A stretch of DNA of 64,000 nt from Spirochaetota bacterium (GCA_020049045.1 JAIFLN010000101.1:2117-66116), one strand, 5' to 3'; shown: positions 9,437 through 20,306, counted from the stretch's first letter. Notes: a model not told the origin generated them from the sequence alone. Numbers and translations are program-made.

Positions 9437-10732
9437 CTAGCCAGCAACCTTCCCGGTAAACTCGAAGAGTTCGCGCACCCAAGGTTTGTTCATTTCGAGG
9501 GGGTCAGTCATAATGACCGGCTTTCCACCTTGAGAAAACACTTCCTTGGTGATGACGACCTTTTTCTTTCCGGGGAGGGAAGGGATCTCATACATCAAGT
9601 CAAGCATGGCACCTTCCACAATCGCCCTCAAACCTCTGGCACCAGTCTTTCGGACGATGGCTTGGTCGGCGATTGCCTCGATGGCCTCGCGCTCAAAATG
9701 CAGATCGGTATTGTCTAGTTTTAAGGCCACCTGGTACTGGCGAATGATGGAATTCTTAGGCTCGGTTGTGATTCTCAGCAGATCGTCCCTGGTCAGCTCT
9801 TCAAGGCTTACCATAATGGGAAGGCGGCCGATGAACTCCGGAATCAGTCCAAACTTGATCAAGTCCTCGGGGTGAAGATTCTGAAATAACTGGTGATGCG
9901 TATCTTCTTTTTTGACCTGGACAGAGCTTCCAAAACCAAGCGCAGATTTGGCAGTTCGTCTTTGGATGATCTTGTCGAGCCCGACAAAGGCACCACCGCA
10001 AACAAACAGAATTTTTGTTGTGTCGATCTTCAGATAATCCTGGTTGGGGTGCTTACGTCCACCCTGAGGAGGGACATTGGCCTGAGTTCCCTCGATGATC
10101 TTCAAGAGAGCTTGCTGGACGCCTTCTCCACTCACGTCCCGAGTTATGGAAACGTTTTCACCCTTTTTGCTGATCTTGTCGATTTCATCGATAAAAATAA
10201 TACCGCGTTCTGCGGCTGCAATATTTCCACCGGCACTCTGAATGAGTTTCAACAGGATATTCTCAACATCCTCGCCGACATATCCGGCCTCGGTAAGGGT
10301 GGTGGCATCGGCAATGGCAAAAGGTACTTTCAACTTCTTGGCTAACGTTCGAGCAAGAAGAGTTTTTCCTGTGCCCGAAGGTCCAATGAGAAGGATATTG
10401 GATTTCTCCATTTCGACTTCATCTTCTGTTTCTGCCGCTGGGTTTCCGATTCTCTTGTAGTGGTTGTAAACCGCCACGGAAAGAACCTTCTTAGCTTCGT
10501 GCTGGCCTACGACGTACTGATCGAGAAAAGACTTCAGTTCCTTGGGGGAAGGAAGGTCCGTACCGAGATTGAACTCACCGCCTTCAGACTGCTCCTGCTC
10601 GATGATTCTTGTACAGGCACCAACGCAGTCGCTGCAGATTGCCACGCCCTCACCCGTGATCAGGCGGGTTACCTGGTTGGCGGGCCGCTTGCAGAACGAG
10701 CAGTGGTCTAGGACGTCATTTTTTCTGGCCAT
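9437..10732 (-). CDS. clpX: ATP-dependent Clp protease ATP-binding subunit ClpX
   Basis: N-terminal Zn-binding domain CSFC..CSDC, Walker A GPSGTGKT. The ORF-track N-extension runs into clpP and was rejected; [17 protein letters not shown] used. Confidence 0.95.
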   Translation of the reverse strand: MARKNDVLDHCSFCKRPANQVTRLITGEGVAICSDCVGACTRIIEQEQSEGGEFNLGTDLPSPKELKSFLDQYVVGQHEAKKVLSVAVYNHYKRIGNPAAETEDEVEMEKSNILLIGPSGTGKTLLARTLAKKLKVPFAIADATTLTEAGYVGEDVENILLKLIQSAGGNIAAAERGIIFIDEIDKISKKGENVSITRDVSGEGVQQALLKIIEGTQANVPPQGGRKHPNQDYLKIDTTKILFVCGGAFVGLDKIIQRRTAKSALGFGSSVQVKKEDTHHQLFQNLHPEDLIKFGLIPEFIGRLPIMVSLEELTRDDLLRITTEPKNSIIRQYQVALKLDNTDLHFEREAIEAIADQAIVRKTGARGLRAIVEGAMLDLMYEIPSLPGKKKVVITKEVFSQGGKPVIMTDPLEMNKPWVRELFEFTGKVAG

Positions 10733-11342
10733 GTTTCTCCCGAACCAGGACCCGGTCGATAAGGCCATAATCCACGGCCTCCTGAGCAGACAAGAAATAG
10801 TCGCGCTCGAGGTCCTGAGCGACCGTCTGAGCGGTCTTTCCCGTATGCCGGGCGAAAATATCAATCGTAAGATTCTTGAGCCGGATAATCTCGCGGGCCT
10901 GAATCTTGATGTCACGCGCCTGGCCCTGTGCACCGCCCCAAGGCTGGTGAACCAAAATCCGGGCTGAGGGAAGCGAGAACCGCTTTCCGGGCGTTCCGCC
11001 GGCGAGAAGCAAAGCACCCATGGAAGCGGCTTGGCCAACGCAGGTGGTCTGAACATCGCAATTCAGGAATTGCATCGTGTCGTAAATGGCAAGACCGGCC
11101 GTCACGCTTCCACCAGGAGAGTTGATGTAAACTGCAATATCCTTTTCAGGATCTTGCGCATCGAGATGGAGAAGCTGGGCGACAACCAGATCGGCCATCA
11201 CATCATGAATCTCACCATCGATAAAAACGATGCGATCCTTCAACAGACGTGAGAAGATATCGTAGGCCCGTTCACCGGCGCCGGTTTGTTCCACCACCAT
11301 GGGGACCAAGTTGCTCATGTAGGAATTCATAGACGGGTTCAT
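10716..11342 (-). CDS. clpP: ATP-dependent Clp protease proteolytic subunit
   Basis: [23 protein letters not shown] and catalytic Ser context [11 protein letters not shown]. Located between tig and clpX. Confidence 0.9.
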   Translation of the reverse strand: MNPSMNSYMSNLVPMVVEQTGAGERAYDIFSRLLKDRIVFIDGEIHDVMADLVVAQLLHLDAQDPEKDIAVYINSPGGSVTAGLAIYDTMQFLNCDVQTTCVGQAASMGALLLAGGTPGKRFSLPSARILVHQPWGGAQGQARDIKIQAREIIRLKNLTIDIFARHTGKTAQTVAQDLERDYFLSAQEAVDYGLIDRVLVREKHGQKK

Positions 11343-11352
11343 GGGCAAGAAA

Positions 11353-12702
11353 TTACTCTTTTTGACCCATCAAGTCCAGGTAAGTTAGTTTTTTTCCTTT
11401 TTTGATCTTGCTCTGGCTCAAGAGGTAGTCAGCCAGCTTCCGGTCGCGCACATCATGCTCGATATAATGTAGAAACCCGTTCTTTTCAAAGTATTCTTTG
11501 GCTTCTTCAACACTGATCTTGCTGGCCTCGGCCTGTTTGGCAACCTCGGCTTCGAGTTCGGCTGGGGTACACTCGATCTTTTCCGCTTCGAGGATCTTTT
11601 CCATTACCAGACGCTTGCGCAGACCTTCTTCTGCTTGAGGCCGCCACTGGTCCTGCATTTTGTGCTTGCCCTCGTGACCAAGCATTTCTTCCAGCTGCTC
11701 GGGACGGATGCGGCTCTGTGAGGCGAACGTCCGCCATGTCTGGTCCAGTTCAGCCCGGATCATGGACTCGGGCAGATCAATCTTGGCCTCGGCGGCAACC
11801 TTTTCAAGGACAGCGTCCAGATTTTTCTGTTTGACAGTGTTCTCAACAGTTTTGCCCAACCGGTCGGTGATGCTCTTTCGCAAGTCATCGAGGGTCTTGA
11901 ATTCTTCGCTCACATCCTGGGCCAAATCATCGTTGAGCTCGGGGAGCTTTTTTTCCTTGACGGCAGTCACCTTGATTTTCAGGGACTTTGTGGTACCAGC
12001 CAACTCCGAGGTTTCGAAGTCGGCGGCATAGGTCTTGGCGACGGTTTTCTCGTCGTCCTTCTTCCAACCGATGATTTCTTCGTCGATTTTGTAGTAATTA
12101 TAGCCAGAGCCGACGGTGAAGACAAAATCCTGACGCCTGGTGCTTTCGACATCGGTGCCATCAGCCCCGACCTCGACGTAGTTGACAGTGACGGTATCGT
12201 CCTTGGCGACCTTGCCCGAAGCTTTGTCGAGAACGAGCGCATTCTGCTCGCGGATCTGGTCCAACTCCCGGTCTTCGTCTTTCTTGGTGACGGCAACCTG
12301 TGGCTCTTCAATTTCAATGCCCTTGTACCCAGGTAAAGAAAAGGCGGGGAACGTGTCGTACTGGAGGGTGAAGGTGAAATCCTTCGTCAGATCGAGGGTG
12401 ATATTCCTGTCGATGATTTCGGGCTGGCTATAGCTCAAGGGCTTTTCTTCAATGGTTTCGAAGACCTCATGAAGGGACTTGTCCACCAGGTTCTGAAGGG
12501 CTTCGGCCTTGAGACCATCACCGAATTTTTTTTCCAGGACACCGACAGGAACTTTGCCCCTTCGGAATCCAGGCATCACGGCATCTTTGACGTACTTGTT
12601 CAGGAGTCCGGAGTACTCCTTCTGAGCAGCGTCCCTGGCAATGGTCAGGGTGAGCTGGACAGCAGACTTTTCCAGCTTCTTGATTTTTTGGTCAATGATC
12701 AT
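11353..12702 (-). CDS. tig: trigger factor
   Basis: 449 aa. Conserved tig-clpP-clpX-lon order. Start placed at [20 protein letters not shown]; the ORF-track N-extension overlaps tRNA-Gly and the terminator. Confidence 0.9.
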   Translation of the reverse strand: MIIDQKIKKLEKSAVQLTLTIARDAAQKEYSGLLNKYVKDAVMPGFRRGKVPVGVLEKKFGDGLKAEALQNLVDKSLHEVFETIEEKPLSYSQPEIIDRNITLDLTKDFTFTLQYDTFPAFSLPGYKGIEIEEPQVAVTKKDEDRELDQIREQNALVLDKASGKVAKDDTVTVNYVEVGADGTDVESTRRQDFVFTVGSGYNYYKIDEEIIGWKKDDEKTVAKTYAADFETSELAGTTKSLKIKVTAVKEKKLPELNDDLAQDVSEEFKTLDDLRKSITDRLGKTVENTVKQKNLDAVLEKVAAEAKIDLPESMIRAELDQTWRTFASQSRIRPEQLEEMLGHEGKHKMQDQWRPQAEEGLRKRLVMEKILEAEKIECTPAELEAEVAKQAEASKISVEEAKEYFEKNGFLHYIEHDVRDRKLADYLLSQSKIKKGKKLTYLDLMGQKE

Positions 12703-12732
12703 AGCAACCCCTAGGTCATCAGTATCTTGTGC

Positions 12733-12774
12733 AGAAAAAAATAAGGCGATCCGGAGTACTCCGGACCGCCTTTT
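12733..12774 (-). terminator. Rho-independent terminator downstream of the tRNA cluster (minus strand)
   Basis: Minus-strand GGCGGTCCGGAG-TACT-CTCCGGATCGCC hairpin followed by TTATTTTTTTCT. Confidence 0.5.
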
Positions 12775-12778
12775 GCGA

Positions 12779-12850
12779 GAGCGAAAGACGGGATTCGAAC
12801 CCGCGACATCCACCTTGGCAAGGTGGAGCTCTACCACTGAGCTACTTTCG
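12779..12850 (-). tRNA. tRNA-Gly (anticodon GCC)
   Basis: Cloverleaf read by eye: GCGAAAG acceptor, anticodon loop TTGCCAA, T-loop GGTTCGAATCC. Coordinates +/-2. Confidence 0.8.
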
Positions 12851-12903
12851 CATAAACAAACACACGGCGTTTTCGGCGGCCATGCAATTCAGATTCCGCC
12901 GAA

Positions 12904-12985
12904 CTGCGAGAGAAGGGACTCGAACCCTCACACCTTTCGGCACTGGAACCTAAATCCAGCGTGTCTACCAATTTCACCACTCTCG
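12904..12985 (-). tRNA. tRNA-Leu (anticodon TAG)
   Basis: Long variable arm, D-loop GTGAAATTGGTAGAC typical of Leu, anticodon loop TTTAGGT. Coordinates +/-2. Confidence 0.75.
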
Positions 12986-13019
12986 CGAAGCCCTCCCCCT
13001 TCAGGGAGAAAAAAGCGAA

Positions 13020-13092
13020 CTGAGCCGGCAAGGATTCGAACCTTGGACCCGCAGATTAAGAGTCTGCTGCTCTACCAGCTGAGCTACCGGCC
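13020..13092 (-). tRNA. tRNA-Lys (anticodon CTT)
   Basis: GGGCCGGTAGCTCAGCTGGTAGAGC..., anticodon loop CTCTTAA, GGTTCGAATCC T-loop. 73 nt. Confidence 0.8.
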
Positions 13093-13128
13093 CCTCAATT
13101 CACAATGTCAAAACCAAAATCAAAAAAG

Positions 13129-13202
<74 letters not shown>

Positions 13203-13210
13203 CAGCTTAA

Positions 13211-13284
13211 GGGTGGATGACGGGGCTCGAACCCGCGACAGCCAGAACCACAATCTGGAGCTCTACCAACTGAGCTACAACCAC
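13211..13284 (-). tRNA. tRNA-His (anticodon GTG)
   Basis: Extra 5' G(-1) pairing with discriminator C73, anticodon loop TTGTGGT. Resembles E. coli tRNA-His. Confidence 0.8.
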
Positions 13285-13441
13285 CATGTCGTGTCCTCAG
13301 TGGACGTTGATTAATAAACACCACCTCAGCGAAAAGATCAAGGGGTTTTACAAATTTAATTTGGGATTTCTTTCCATTGACAACCCGGTGTGCCCCCCCT
13401 TTAATGGAGGGGATACCAATAGATACCCGGGGGGCACCACA

Positions 13442-14227
13442 ATGGCATTCGACAATCACTTGTATATGATTCTGTTCCCAAACACAGCCTTGGTTGGGTC
13501 CCAGCTTCCTCCACCGGAATTTGGCAAACATTTCATTAGCGGCTCAAGCAAATACTATGCAGGTAAACTGATTTTTGCAGAGGTGGATGTCGCTTTCCGC
13601 AACCCGTATTTCAAGATTGATGAGGTCATGGAAGACCTGAAGCCCCATGAGGATGGTCGGCCCAAGAGCACCAAGTACGTTGCGACCTACCGGGTGTTGG
13701 AACACGTTGATTTTGACGCCATTAAGAATCTGTACATTACCACCCCCGAGGGCTATACCCTTGAATTGGCATCCGGGCCTTATGAAGCCCACCATCAGCC
13801 TGGATTTATCCGGATTTTCGGCGAAATCACACCGGTTTCCATGATGGTGCTGTCCGATTACAACTTCCTGGAATTCAGCAAGTACATCACCAATCCAGAG
13901 AGTTTTGTCGGGGCACCCAAGATGTTCTATACACAGATCGATCTGGACATTGAGGAATTTCTCAAAGAGATACAGACCAACCCGCTTCTTCAACCGCCGA
14001 TTCCCGATATCCACCCGGCTGTTTTACGAGATTCGATTCTCGAGATGAGAAAATTCAAGGACAAGCACACCAAGGGGCTTTCCTTGAACAACCCACTGGG
14101 CAAGATCAGTTTCAGGAATCTGCGCCACGGGTTCATGTTCGCTAGTCAGGACAAGAACAAGTTTTACCCTTTACCAAGTCTGGAAGAAATCGAAAAAACC
14201 AATTATAAGTTCTGGAAAACCATGTAG
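13442..14227 (+). CDS. hypothetical cytoplasmic protein (about 261 aa)
   Basis: Clean ORF with protein-like composition, no recognisable motif. Start placed at MAFDNHLYMIL; the upstream ORF-track extension overlaps tRNA-His. Local GC about 46 %. Confidence 0.55.
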   Translation: MAFDNHLYMILFPNTALVGSQLPPPEFGKHFISGSSKYYAGKLIFAEVDVAFRNPYFKIDEVMEDLKPHEDGRPKSTKYVATYRVLEHVDFDAIKNLYITTPEGYTLELASGPYEAHHQPGFIRIFGEITPVSMMVLSDYNFLEFSKYITNPESFVGAPKMFYTQIDLDIEEFLKEIQTNPLLQPPIPDIHPAVLRDSILEMRKFKDKHTKGLSLNNPLGKISFRNLRHGFMFASQDKNKFYPLPSLEEIEKTNYKFWKTM

Positions 14228-14279
14228 GGAAAACCAACCCCCTTTTCCCCTTCCCCGGTTTTTTGCTATTGTTTCGGCT

Positions 14280-17200
14280 ATGCCGAAATATAAGCCAGTT
14301 GATCCCAAAGTGAATTTCCCAGCGATGGAGGAGTCAGTCCTCAATTTTTGGGAACAAGGACGCATTTTCCAACGGTCCATTGAGCAACGCCGTGGCGGTG
14401 AAGAATTTGTGTTCTACGACGGCCCGCCATTTGCCACAGGCTTGCCGCATTTTGGTCACTTTGTTCCCGGTACGATCAAAGATATTATCCCGCGCTTCCA
14501 AACCATGAAAGGTAAACTGGTCGAACGTCGTTTTGGCTGGGACTGCCACGGCCTGCCGGTAGAGAACATCGTGGAAAAAGACCTGGGACTCAACTCCAAG
14601 CATGAGATTGAGGAATTCGGGATTGCCAACTTCAACGAAGCCTGCCGCACGGCTGTCCTCAAATACACCAAGGAGTGGCGGACCATTATGACCCGCGCGG
14701 GACGGTGGGTGGACTTCGACGACGACTATAAAACCATGGACGTTGATTTCATGGAATCGATCTGGTGGGTTCAGAAGACGCTCTACGACAAGGGATTGAT
14801 GTACGAGGGGCACAAGATTATGCCATACTGTCCCCGGTGCTCGACGGTGCTTTCCACCCACGAACTGAACTTGGGCGGTTACAAAGACGTGCATGACCCT
14901 GCTGTCACCGTCAAGTTCCGGCTGAAGAACGAAGCTGGCACCGACCCCGACACTTTTTTCCTCGCCTGGACCACTACCCCTTGGACCCTCCCTTCCAACC
15001 TGGCCCTTTCGTTGGGCCCGAGCGTCGAATACGTGAAGATCCAAGACGGGGAAGAGTTTTTTATTCTTGCCAAGAGCCGGTTGGGCGGGTATTACAAAGA
15101 TCCAGCCTCCGTAAAAATTCTCTGGACCAAACCAGGTTCTGAACTCGGCGGCCTTGCCTATGAACCGTTGTTCCCCTACTTTGCCGCTGAAGCTGTGAAC
15201 GGTGGCTTCCGAACCTTTGTCGGTGACCACGTTACCGACAGCGATGGTACAGGCATTGTCCACACCGCCCCCGGGTTCGGTGAAGACGACTACGCCGTTC
15301 TCAAGGGCTCGGGAATCTCAACGGTTTGCCCCGTCGACGCCGAATGCAAGTTTACGGTTGAGGTGTCAGACTACCAAGGACGGTTCGTCAAGGAATGCGA
15401 CAAAGACATCCTTGAGCGGCTCAAGGCCGAGGGTAAGCTGGTCAAACGCGATCAGATCCTACACTCCTACCCCCACTGCTGGCGGTGTTCCTCCCCCTTG
15501 ATCTACCGTGCAATCAGCAGCTGGTTTGTCAATGTGGAGTCGATCAAGGCATCGATGCTCACAGCCAACAACCAGATCAACTGGGTTCCTGATCACATCA
15601 AGACAGGACGGTTCGGAAAATGGCTGGAAGGTGCAAGAGACTGGGCCATCAGCCGCAATCGTTTCTGGGGAAACCCTCTTCCCATTTGGCGGTGCGATCA
15701 GGAAGGTTGCTCCGAAGAGGTATGCATCGGCAGCCGCGACGAGCTGAAGGCCTTTTCAGGCACCCGGCCCGACGACCTTCACAAGCACTTTGTCGACCCG
15801 ATTACCTGGAAATGCTCCTGCGGGGCAGGAACCATGCAGCGTATTCCCGAGGTTCTGGACTGCTGGTTTGAGTCCGGTGCCATGCCTTACGGTCAGGTTC
15901 ACTACCCCTTCGAAAACAAGGATTGGTTCGACACGCATTTTCCTGCCGACTTCATCACCGAGAGTCTGGATCAGACCCGGGGCTGGTTCTATACCCTCAC
16001 CATTCTGGCAGCGGCCCTTTTTGACCGGCCCGCTTTTCAGAACTGCGTGGTTTCAGGCATGGTCCTGGCCAACGATGGCAAGAAGATGTCAAAAAGTCTG
16101 CGCAACTACACCGACCCCAGTGAGGTTATGAAGACTTACGGAGCCGATGCCCTGAGACTCTACCTGATGACGTCTCCAGTAACCCATGCTGACGACCTCA
16201 AGTATAGCGACGAAGGGGTCCAAGGAGTTTTGCGCGACATTCTGCTGCCCTTGTGGAATGCCTACAGTTTCTTTGTCACCTACGCGAATCTCGATGGCGC
16301 TACGCCAGCCGGTACGGTGCATTCGCCAACCAATCCTCTGGACGGCTGGATTCTTTCGGAACTCGAGGCTGTTACCCAGGCTGTTACGGAAGGCCTCGAA
16401 GCCTATGAAGTCACCAGAGCGATCGAGAGTCTGGTCGCCTTCCTCGACCTGTTGAACAACTGGTATATCCGACGCAGCCGCCGCCGGTTCTGGAAAAGCG
16501 AGAATGATGGCGATAAAACAGAGGCTTACGATACCTTGTATCAAGTGCTCAAGCGGTTCTCCACCCTGGCTGCCCCTGTGATACCGTTTATCACCGATGA
16601 GATCTGGGGAAATCTGAAAAGTGAGAAGGACGCCGAGTCAGTTCACCTAACCGACTGGCCGAAGTACGATGCCAGCAGAAGACGCTCCGACCTCGAAGCC
16701 AAAATGGCTGGTGCCAGAAAAGCGGTCGGCTTGGGCAGAGCCTTGCGCAATACGCACAACCTGAAGAACCGGCAGCCACTGAAGGCTGTGTACCTCGTTA
16801 CCAGGGACCAGGCCGAAAAAGCCGTGCTCCGGGAAATGGAGGATCTGATCCGGGAAGAACTGAATGTCAAGGAAGTGATTTTCCAAGACGACGAGGAAGC
16901 CCTGGTGGAATACGGAGCCAAGGCCAACTTCAAAGTGCTGGGTAAAATTCTCGGAGCCCAGATGAAGGCGGCGGCAATCCGTATCGAGAGTCTGTCTGCC
17001 GCCGAAATCGGCACCATTGTGGACGGATCGAGTCTGCATCTCGAAATTGCTGGAATTCCCGTCGAATTGAATGCCGAATCCGTGATGGTGACACGCAAAG
17101 AACGAGCTAGCCTTAAGGTTCTCAACGAAGGAAGCCTGACCGTGGCCCTTGATGGCGAGGTGACCCAGGAGCTGAAACTGGAAGGGCATTTGAGAGATGT

Positions 17201-17441
17201 TGTCCGCGCCATACAGAACGCGAGAAAGGAAGGGGGTCTGGCAGTCAGTGACCGGATCCTCCTGACATTTGGCGGCAGCACCGTTATCCAGGAAATGCTT
17301 GTGGAACATGGCAATCTTCTAAAGTCAGAGACACTTGCTCTCTCTGCGACCTGGGACAGCAACCTCACAAAGGGAAGTTCCGGATGCCAGGAAGGTGACT
17401 CTGGAGAGGAAGAGTTCCTGTTCATTCTGGAAAAGGCTTGA
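14280..17441 (+). CDS. ileS: isoleucyl-tRNA synthetase, type 2 (eukaryote-like)
   Basis: N-terminus PKYKPVDPKVNFP...FYDGPPFATGLPHFGH (HIGH-class motif of IleS2) and KMSKS. 1053 aa. No T-box leader, only 52 nt upstream. Confidence 0.95.
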   Translation: MPKYKPVDPKVNFPAMEESVLNFWEQGRIFQRSIEQRRGGEEFVFYDGPPFATGLPHFGHFVPGTIKDIIPRFQTMKGKLVERRFGWDCHGLPVENIVEKDLGLNSKHEIEEFGIANFNEACRTAVLKYTKEWRTIMTRAGRWVDFDDDYKTMDVDFMESIWWVQKTLYDKGLMYEGHKIMPYCPRCSTVLSTHELNLGGYKDVHDPAVTVKFRLKNEAGTDPDTFFLAWTTTPWTLPSNLALSLGPSVEYVKIQDGEEFFILAKSRLGGYYKDPASVKILWTKPGSELGGLAYEPLFPYFAAEAVNGGFRTFVGDHVTDSDGTGIVHTAPGFGEDDYAVLKGSGISTVCPVDAECKFTVEVSDYQGRFVKECDKDILERLKAEGKLVKRDQILHSYPHCWRCSSPLIYRAISSWFVNVESIKASMLTANNQINWVPDHIKTGRFGKWLEGARDWAISRNRFWGNPLPIWRCDQEGCSEEVCIGSRDELKAFSGTRPDDLHKHFVDPITWKCSCGAGTMQRIPEVLDCWFESGAMPYGQVHYPFENKDWFDTHFPADFITESLDQTRGWFYTLTILAAALFDRPAFQNCVVSGMVLANDGKKMSKSLRNYTDPSEVMKTYGADALRLYLMTSPVTHADDLKYSDEGVQGVLRDILLPLWNAYSFFVTYANLDGATPAGTVHSPTNPLDGWILSELEAVTQAVTEGLEAYEVTRAIESLVAFLDLLNNWYIRRSRRRFWKSENDGDKTEAYDTLYQVLKRFSTLAAPVIPFITDEIWGNLKSEKDAESVHLTDWPKYDASRRRSDLEAKMAGARKAVGLGRALRNTHNLKNRQPLKAVYLVTRDQAEKAVLREMEDLIREELNVKEVIFQDDEEALVEYGAKANFKVLGKILGAQMKAAAIRIESLSAAEIGTIVDGSSLHLEIAGIPVELNAESVMVTRKERASLKVLNEGSLTVALDGEVTQELKLEGHLRDVVRAIQNARKEGGLAVSDRILLTFGGSTVIQEMLVEHGNLLKSETLALSATWDSNLTKGSSGCQEGDSGEEEFLFILEKA

Positions 17442-17448
17442 GATTCTC

Positions 17449-18303
17449 ATGGATTACCGGGCAGGAGCATCCATAGCGATTTTAGCTCTTGTGCTTGGCA
17501 GCTGTGCCACGACCCCTCCGGTAGTGAGAGAGCCGGGAGCGGCAGCCGCTTGGCTGGGAGAAACGCCCAGGGTCATTGTCCGCCTCGATGCAGCCCAAGT
17601 CACCGCCTGGAGTCAGGTTGTCCAGAGGCAGGCCGCGTTGAAGGCTGTTGGAAGCCGTACCAAGACTATCTGGCTTGGGTTGGACCTTGAAAACCTCGAC
17701 GATCTTGAGAATGCAGCTGATTCCGTTCGGATTGTGCTGGAAGGGAATTTTCCACGGGGTGAGGTCGCCTTTGCCCTCAACTGGAATCCTGGTTGGAAGA
17801 AAGGGCGTGTTGAAGGAGTATGGGTCAACTCCCAGCGGGACCTCTCGGTGAGCCTTCCCGAGGATGGGCTGGTGGCCATTCGACGGCATGACCCTCGACC
17901 CGCCGAGGCGGTCGAAGGGGCCCTGCGAGACCTGAATGCAGCAGCCCTGGAACGAACCGCCGTCTGGATCAGCTTCTGGGACCCTGGCAAAGCCCTTTTT
18001 GGTTCCGCCGGAGCCCGACTTCTCCCTGTCGAACGCCTTGATGTCATGCTCTCAATTTCGGAAAACGGATTTCTCGAGGGTCCGGTTCTTCTTTGGTTTC
18101 CAGACGACCGTTCGGCCAAGGCTGCCTCGGTGTTGCTGAGGCTGTTTTCTTCACAGATTCGAGCCCGCTTGGGACAGGATCTGGTTTGGACTGTGGAAGG
18201 TTCGCACATTGCAGGGGAAACACTGCGGTTCGACCAAGCCGATTTGAAGGTCCTGGCTGAAAAACTTCTGGCCGACCCTTTGGCTCAGGAGGCCTCACGA
18301 TGA
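17449..18303 (+). CDS. lipoprotein, unknown function
   Basis: MDYRAGASIAILALVLGSCATT signal peptide with lipobox Cys. Starts 8 nt after the ileS stop; 4-nt overlap with hisH. Confidence 0.65.
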   Translation: MDYRAGASIAILALVLGSCATTPPVVREPGAAAAWLGETPRVIVRLDAAQVTAWSQVVQRQAALKAVGSRTKTIWLGLDLENLDDLENAADSVRIVLEGNFPRGEVAFALNWNPGWKKGRVEGVWVNSQRDLSVSLPEDGLVAIRRHDPRPAEAVEGALRDLNAAALERTAVWISFWDPGKALFGSAGARLLPVERLDVMLSISENGFLEGPVLLWFPDDRSAKAASVLLRLFSSQIRARLGQDLVWTVEGSHIAGETLRFDQADLKVLAEKLLADPLAQEASR

Positions 18304-18911
18304 CCGTTGGTATTTTGGACTATGATGCCGGAAACCTGACCAGCGTCGAGAATGCCCTCAGGCACCTCGGTCATCATTGGGTTTTATCGGGAAATCCTGA
18401 AGACCTCAAGAACACCGACAGCCTGATTTTTCCTGGAGACGGGCATGCTGCTACCAGCATGGACAACTTGAAAGCCCGTGGTCTGGACCGGCTGCTTGCC
18501 GACTTTGCAGCACAGGGACGTCCCATCCTGGGCATTTGTGTGGGAAGTCAAATTGTCCTGGATTCCAGCGAGGAAGGAGAAGCGACCTGCCTGGGATTGG
18601 TACCGGGGCTTTGCAGGCGGTTGCCCGGCGGACAAGGGTTGAAAGTACCCCATATGGGCTGGAACTCCGTGCATTTTGAAACAGAGCATCCCCTGATGGC
18701 TGGAGTACCACAAGACTCCTCTTTCTATTTTGTTCATTCCTACTACACAGAGCCGGCGGCGTCTGTCACCGTCCTTGGGACCACCGATCATGGTATTCGC
18801 TTTGTTGTCGGTTTTCTTAAGGACACTCTCGCAACCTGGCAGTTCCATCCGGAGAAATCAGGCCCGGCCGGATTGAAGCTCGTCGAAAACTTCCTGAGAT
18901 GGAGGCCCTGA
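18300..18911 (+). CDS. hisH: imidazole glycerol phosphate synthase glutaminase subunit HisH-like
   Basis: Class-I glutamine amidotransferase with catalytic Cys in GICVGSQ and a C-terminal HFHPEKS His/Glu pair. 203 aa. Confidence 0.85.
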   Translation: MTVGILDYDAGNLTSVENALRHLGHHWVLSGNPEDLKNTDSLIFPGDGHAATSMDNLKARGLDRLLADFAAQGRPILGICVGSQIVLDSSEEGEATCLGLVPGLCRRLPGGQGLKVPHMGWNSVHFETEHPLMAGVPQDSSFYFVHSYYTEPAASVTVLGTTDHGIRFVVGFLKDTLATWQFHPEKSGPAGLKLVENFLRWRP

Positions 18912-18912
18912 A

Positions 18913-19677
18913 TTGCTGCAGAAACGGGTAATTGTGTGCCTCGATGTGAAAGAGGGTCGAACGACCAAGGGTGTGAAATTTCAGAACAACATCGATTTGG
19001 GAGATCCTGTCGAAATGGCAGAAGCCTATTACCACCAGGGGGTCGACGAGCTGGTGTTTTATGACATCACGGCCAGTGCCGAAAAGCGCGGCATTATGAT
19101 TGATGTGGTTCGGAGAGTGGCTCAACGGATCTTTATCCCCTTCTGTGTCGGTGGAGGATTGGCTACGGCCGAGGACATCAAGGCGGTCATCCTAGCGGGA
19201 GCTGAAAAAGTCAGCCTTAACAGCCAAGCTGTGAAGAACCCCGATTTGATCCGTCAAGGTGCCAAGATGTATGGCAGCCAAAGCATCGTCCTGGGGATGG
19301 ATGCGCTTGCCGACCCAACCATGCCTTCGGGGTACCGGGTGGTCATCAACGGGGGAAGGACTCCTACCGAGCTGGATGCCCTGGCATGGGCACGTCAAGC
19401 GCACAAACTGGGGGCCGGCGAGATTGTGCTCAACAGCATAGACGCCGATGGCACGAAAGCCGGATACGAGCTTCCACTGACAAAACTCATCAGTGAAGCT
19501 CTGCCGATTCCGGTGGTGGCATCTGGTGGTGCGGGAACTCCTGAGCACCTGCGCGCCGTTTTGCAGGAGGGAAGCGCCGATGCCGCACTGGTGGCAAGCA
19601 TGGTTCACTATGGCACTTACACGTTAAAGCAGATCAAGGACTACTTGGCGGGCCGAGGGGTGTCTGTCCGAAGATGA
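18913..19677 (+). CDS. hisF: imidazole glycerol phosphate synthase cyclase subunit HisF-like
   Basis: [12 protein letters not shown]...GADKVSLNS-like TIM-barrel motifs. TTG start 2 nt after the hisH stop. Confidence 0.85.
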   Translation: MLQKRVIVCLDVKEGRTTKGVKFQNNIDLGDPVEMAEAYYHQGVDELVFYDITASAEKRGIMIDVVRRVAQRIFIPFCVGGGLATAEDIKAVILAGAEKVSLNSQAVKNPDLIRQGAKMYGSQSIVLGMDALADPTMPSGYRVVINGGRTPTELDALAWARQAHKLGAGEIVLNSIDADGTKAGYELPLTKLISEALPIPVVASGGAGTPEHLRAVLQEGSADAALVASMVHYGTYTLKQIKDYLAGRGVSVRR

Positions 19678-20306
19678 AAATTCTCGAATCGCTTTTTTAC
19701 TGGGCTACACACTACACCTGGACCTTTGTCGCCATCATGTCGGTAACCGTTATCAGTTGCGCCTTCTCGATTCAATACCTGACAACACTGGAAACCAACC
19801 TGAGGGATGTTTACGAAAACGATGTCAGGGGAGGTGATGCGATACAATCGGCCTATCAGGCGCTGCTCGGTATCGAGAGTTCTGCAAAAGACCTTCTTCT
19901 GTTCTCCGACAAGAAAAACCTCGAGCGGGCACGGCTGTCGATCAAGACAAAAGTTGCCCAACTGAAAGCCGCCATGACCCAGGCGGCTCCTCGTTTCTAT
20001 ACACCCAAGGCCAAAAATGCGATGGCGAAAGCCAAGGAAGACCTTAAGGCTTTCCTGGCATCGGTTCCGGAAGTTCCCGACCTGCAGGCCTTGGCCAAGA
20101 TGGAGGCCAAGAGTTTGGTCCTTCAAAAAGATTTTGACCTGTTGATTGCCAATCGCACGGCCAACAGTACCATTGGAATTTCAGAACTGGTGGGGCAACT
20201 GCGCTTTTCCTTGCTGTTCACAATCGTGATTCTGGTTGTTACCGTCGTTGTCCGTGTGATCCTTTACTTAGCCGGTCACCCTCGCTGGAAGAAAAAGGAA
20301 CGCTGA
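19674..20306 (+). CDS. membrane protein with MCP-type periplasmic four-helix-bundle sensor between two TM helices, no signalling domain
   Basis: TM1 [16 protein letters not shown], helical periplasmic segment, TM2 [14 protein letters not shown], then stop. 4-nt overlap with hisF. Confidence 0.5.
   Translation: MKILESLFYWATHYTWTFVAIMSVTVISCAFSIQYLTTLETNLRDVYENDVRGGDAIQSAYQALLGIESSAKDLLLFSDKKNLERARLSIKTKVAQLKAAMTQAAPRFYTPKAKNAMAKAKEDLKAFLASVPEVPDLQALAKMEAKSLVLQKDFDLLIANRTANSTIGISELVGQLRFSLLFTIVILVVTVVVRVILYLAGHPRWKKKER

Noticed and set aside
9437-11056. N-terminal 108-aa extension of clpX in the ORF track
   Set aside because: The extension overlaps the clpP coding region in another frame and lacks similarity to ClpX. 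The true start is the Met preceding the CSFC zinc-binding motif.
13370-13385. TTGACA hexamer upstream of the hypothetical gene at 13442
   Set aside because: An isolated -35-like hexamer without a convincing -10 at 17 +/- 1 nt; mentioned only as context.
14228-14279. Possible T-box leader upstream of ileS
   Set aside because: Only 52 nt are available and there is no specifier/antiterminator architecture.
14334-17425. Long minus-strand ORFs (309, 260, 220 aa) within ileS
   Set aside because: Antisense to a 1053-aa gene with clear HIGH/KMSKS motifs; Ser/Arg/Pro-rich compositions.
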